Both the position numbers and the translations under genes were made by a program. Under the pieces are notes generated by a model. That model searched no databases, was not told the DNA's origin, and was given only the letters and a program-made list of their open reading frames with translations. This document shows positions 62,704 to 64,000 of a DNA stretch of 64,000 bases, one piece after another. The stretch lies in the NCBI GenBank assembly GCA_051362555.1, contig CM120642.1:11284001-11348000 (forward strand), written 5' to 3'. Position 1 is the stretch's first letter. Each line of letters opens with the position of its first letter. The stretch is from Lingula anatina. Taxonomy: Eukaryota; Animalia; Brachiopoda.

Positions 62704-64000
62704 CTGTAATGAGATATAATTATTAAATGACTGTTACACGGCCACTGCATTTAAGATTCAATGAATGCTACAAAAGTTCAATGTTTTAGCACAGCTATCA
62801 CTTTGATACTGAAATGTTATTAGAACTGACCACCACTGCACTAGTGATAACTGTAGAGTTAACAATTACAGCACACAAAATCAAGTATCTCATTAAGTTA
62901 CAGGATGGTATTACCATAAGATCACTTTTGGAGAAGCTGAGCACAATCAGGTACAGTATCATAAAAGTTGCCAGCAACTTCACTTAAATCAATATTCACA
63001 CAGAAGACAGCTCTAATTTCAGGGGCAACAGAAGCTGCCTTTTTCATTTATCTAATTCCCATACACGCATTACGGGCAAGCTTGTATTATCTGTACTTTA
63101 GTGGTATTTGATAGAAGTCTACCAGCAATCAGAATCAGTATCTAATTGGTGAGTATTCAATAAAATTTGCAAATGTGGACAGTTAAAATGTAGAGACTAG
63201 CACCAATGAACCCAAAACTCAGGGTGTATAGAAGCGAAAAGACCAAAATTATTCTATTTATGATCAAAGAAAAGAAATCATACTTGGAAAAAACATCAGT
63301 GTGATTGGCAACTTGTTATTCTGCATTGAAATTACCAAAATGTTCAATTTTGGTTTTAGACCTAATAACCTTATTAAATTTTCTGCATTTTTTTTTTTTT
63401 ACTTTTTCACTTATATTTTTGTTCCTTTTTAAAATTAATCATCAAGTCTTTTCCATAAGATTTGTAATAATTACAATTTTTGAAATATTACATTTCTGAT
63501 GCATTCTCAACTTCCTTGTAATTATTCTCCACAAAAGAGCTCCAACTTTAATTGGTTATCTGTCTAGTATTTGAACTCCACTATAACGACTTAAGCAAAA
63601 TTTACTCTGCCAAAATAATTAAAAGCATTGAGACAGATCAAAAAAAAATCTTGCATTTCACTCTACCAAGAAGTGACATGTACATTTGCATAGATTTATT
63701 ACACAGAAATAAATTTGGGTGAACATATTTTCTCCTAAATTTGGTTACACAATCTAATCAAGGATCAAGAACCCAAAAGTTAAACACTACCTTCATCAAG
63801 TCATCAAATATTCAGATTTTAGCAAATCCAATAATGGCTTTACTTAGAAATATAAGAGTTTTTTTATAAGTTAATGGTTGAACATTCAGACTATAACAAA
63901 ATATTTCAAAACTTCTACAAACTCATATTACAAAATAAATCCTTTTATTTCCTACCCTTACCCCCCCCCCCCCCCCCCCCTTTACACATAAACATTTACT

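Overview
AT-rich, intron-rich eukaryotic DNA, probably an invertebrate animal. The transposon types resemble those of molluscs, but the taxon cannot be fixed from sequence alone. From left to right: (1) the probable start of a minus-strand gene running off the left edge; (2) a complete 10-exon NUBPL (Ind1) gene on the minus strand; (3) head-to-head with it, three tandem copies of a 23-exon, ~1026-aa M16 (HXXEH) metallopeptidase of the uncharacterised C05D11.1-like type, all apparently intact; (4) the 3' part of a convergent PPP1R10/PNUTS gene. The array is mosaic: the middle copy matches copy 3 at its 5' end and copy 1 at its 3' end. Copies 2 and 3 each carry a duplicated bidirectional promoter with an orphan NUBPL exon 1, and one intron is GC-AG in copies 1 and 2 but GT-AG in copy 3. 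Because the paralogs supply empty sites, several insertions can be delimited exactly: Helentron-type HINE elements with ~160-bp internal repeats, a TTAA-flanked Kolobok-like MITE nested in one of them, an RTE fragment nested in another RTE, and two other MITE types. I found no convincing wholly new molecular system. The best leads are the peptidase array and its co-duplicated promoter. Exon boundaries were read by eye; no alignments or database searches were run.
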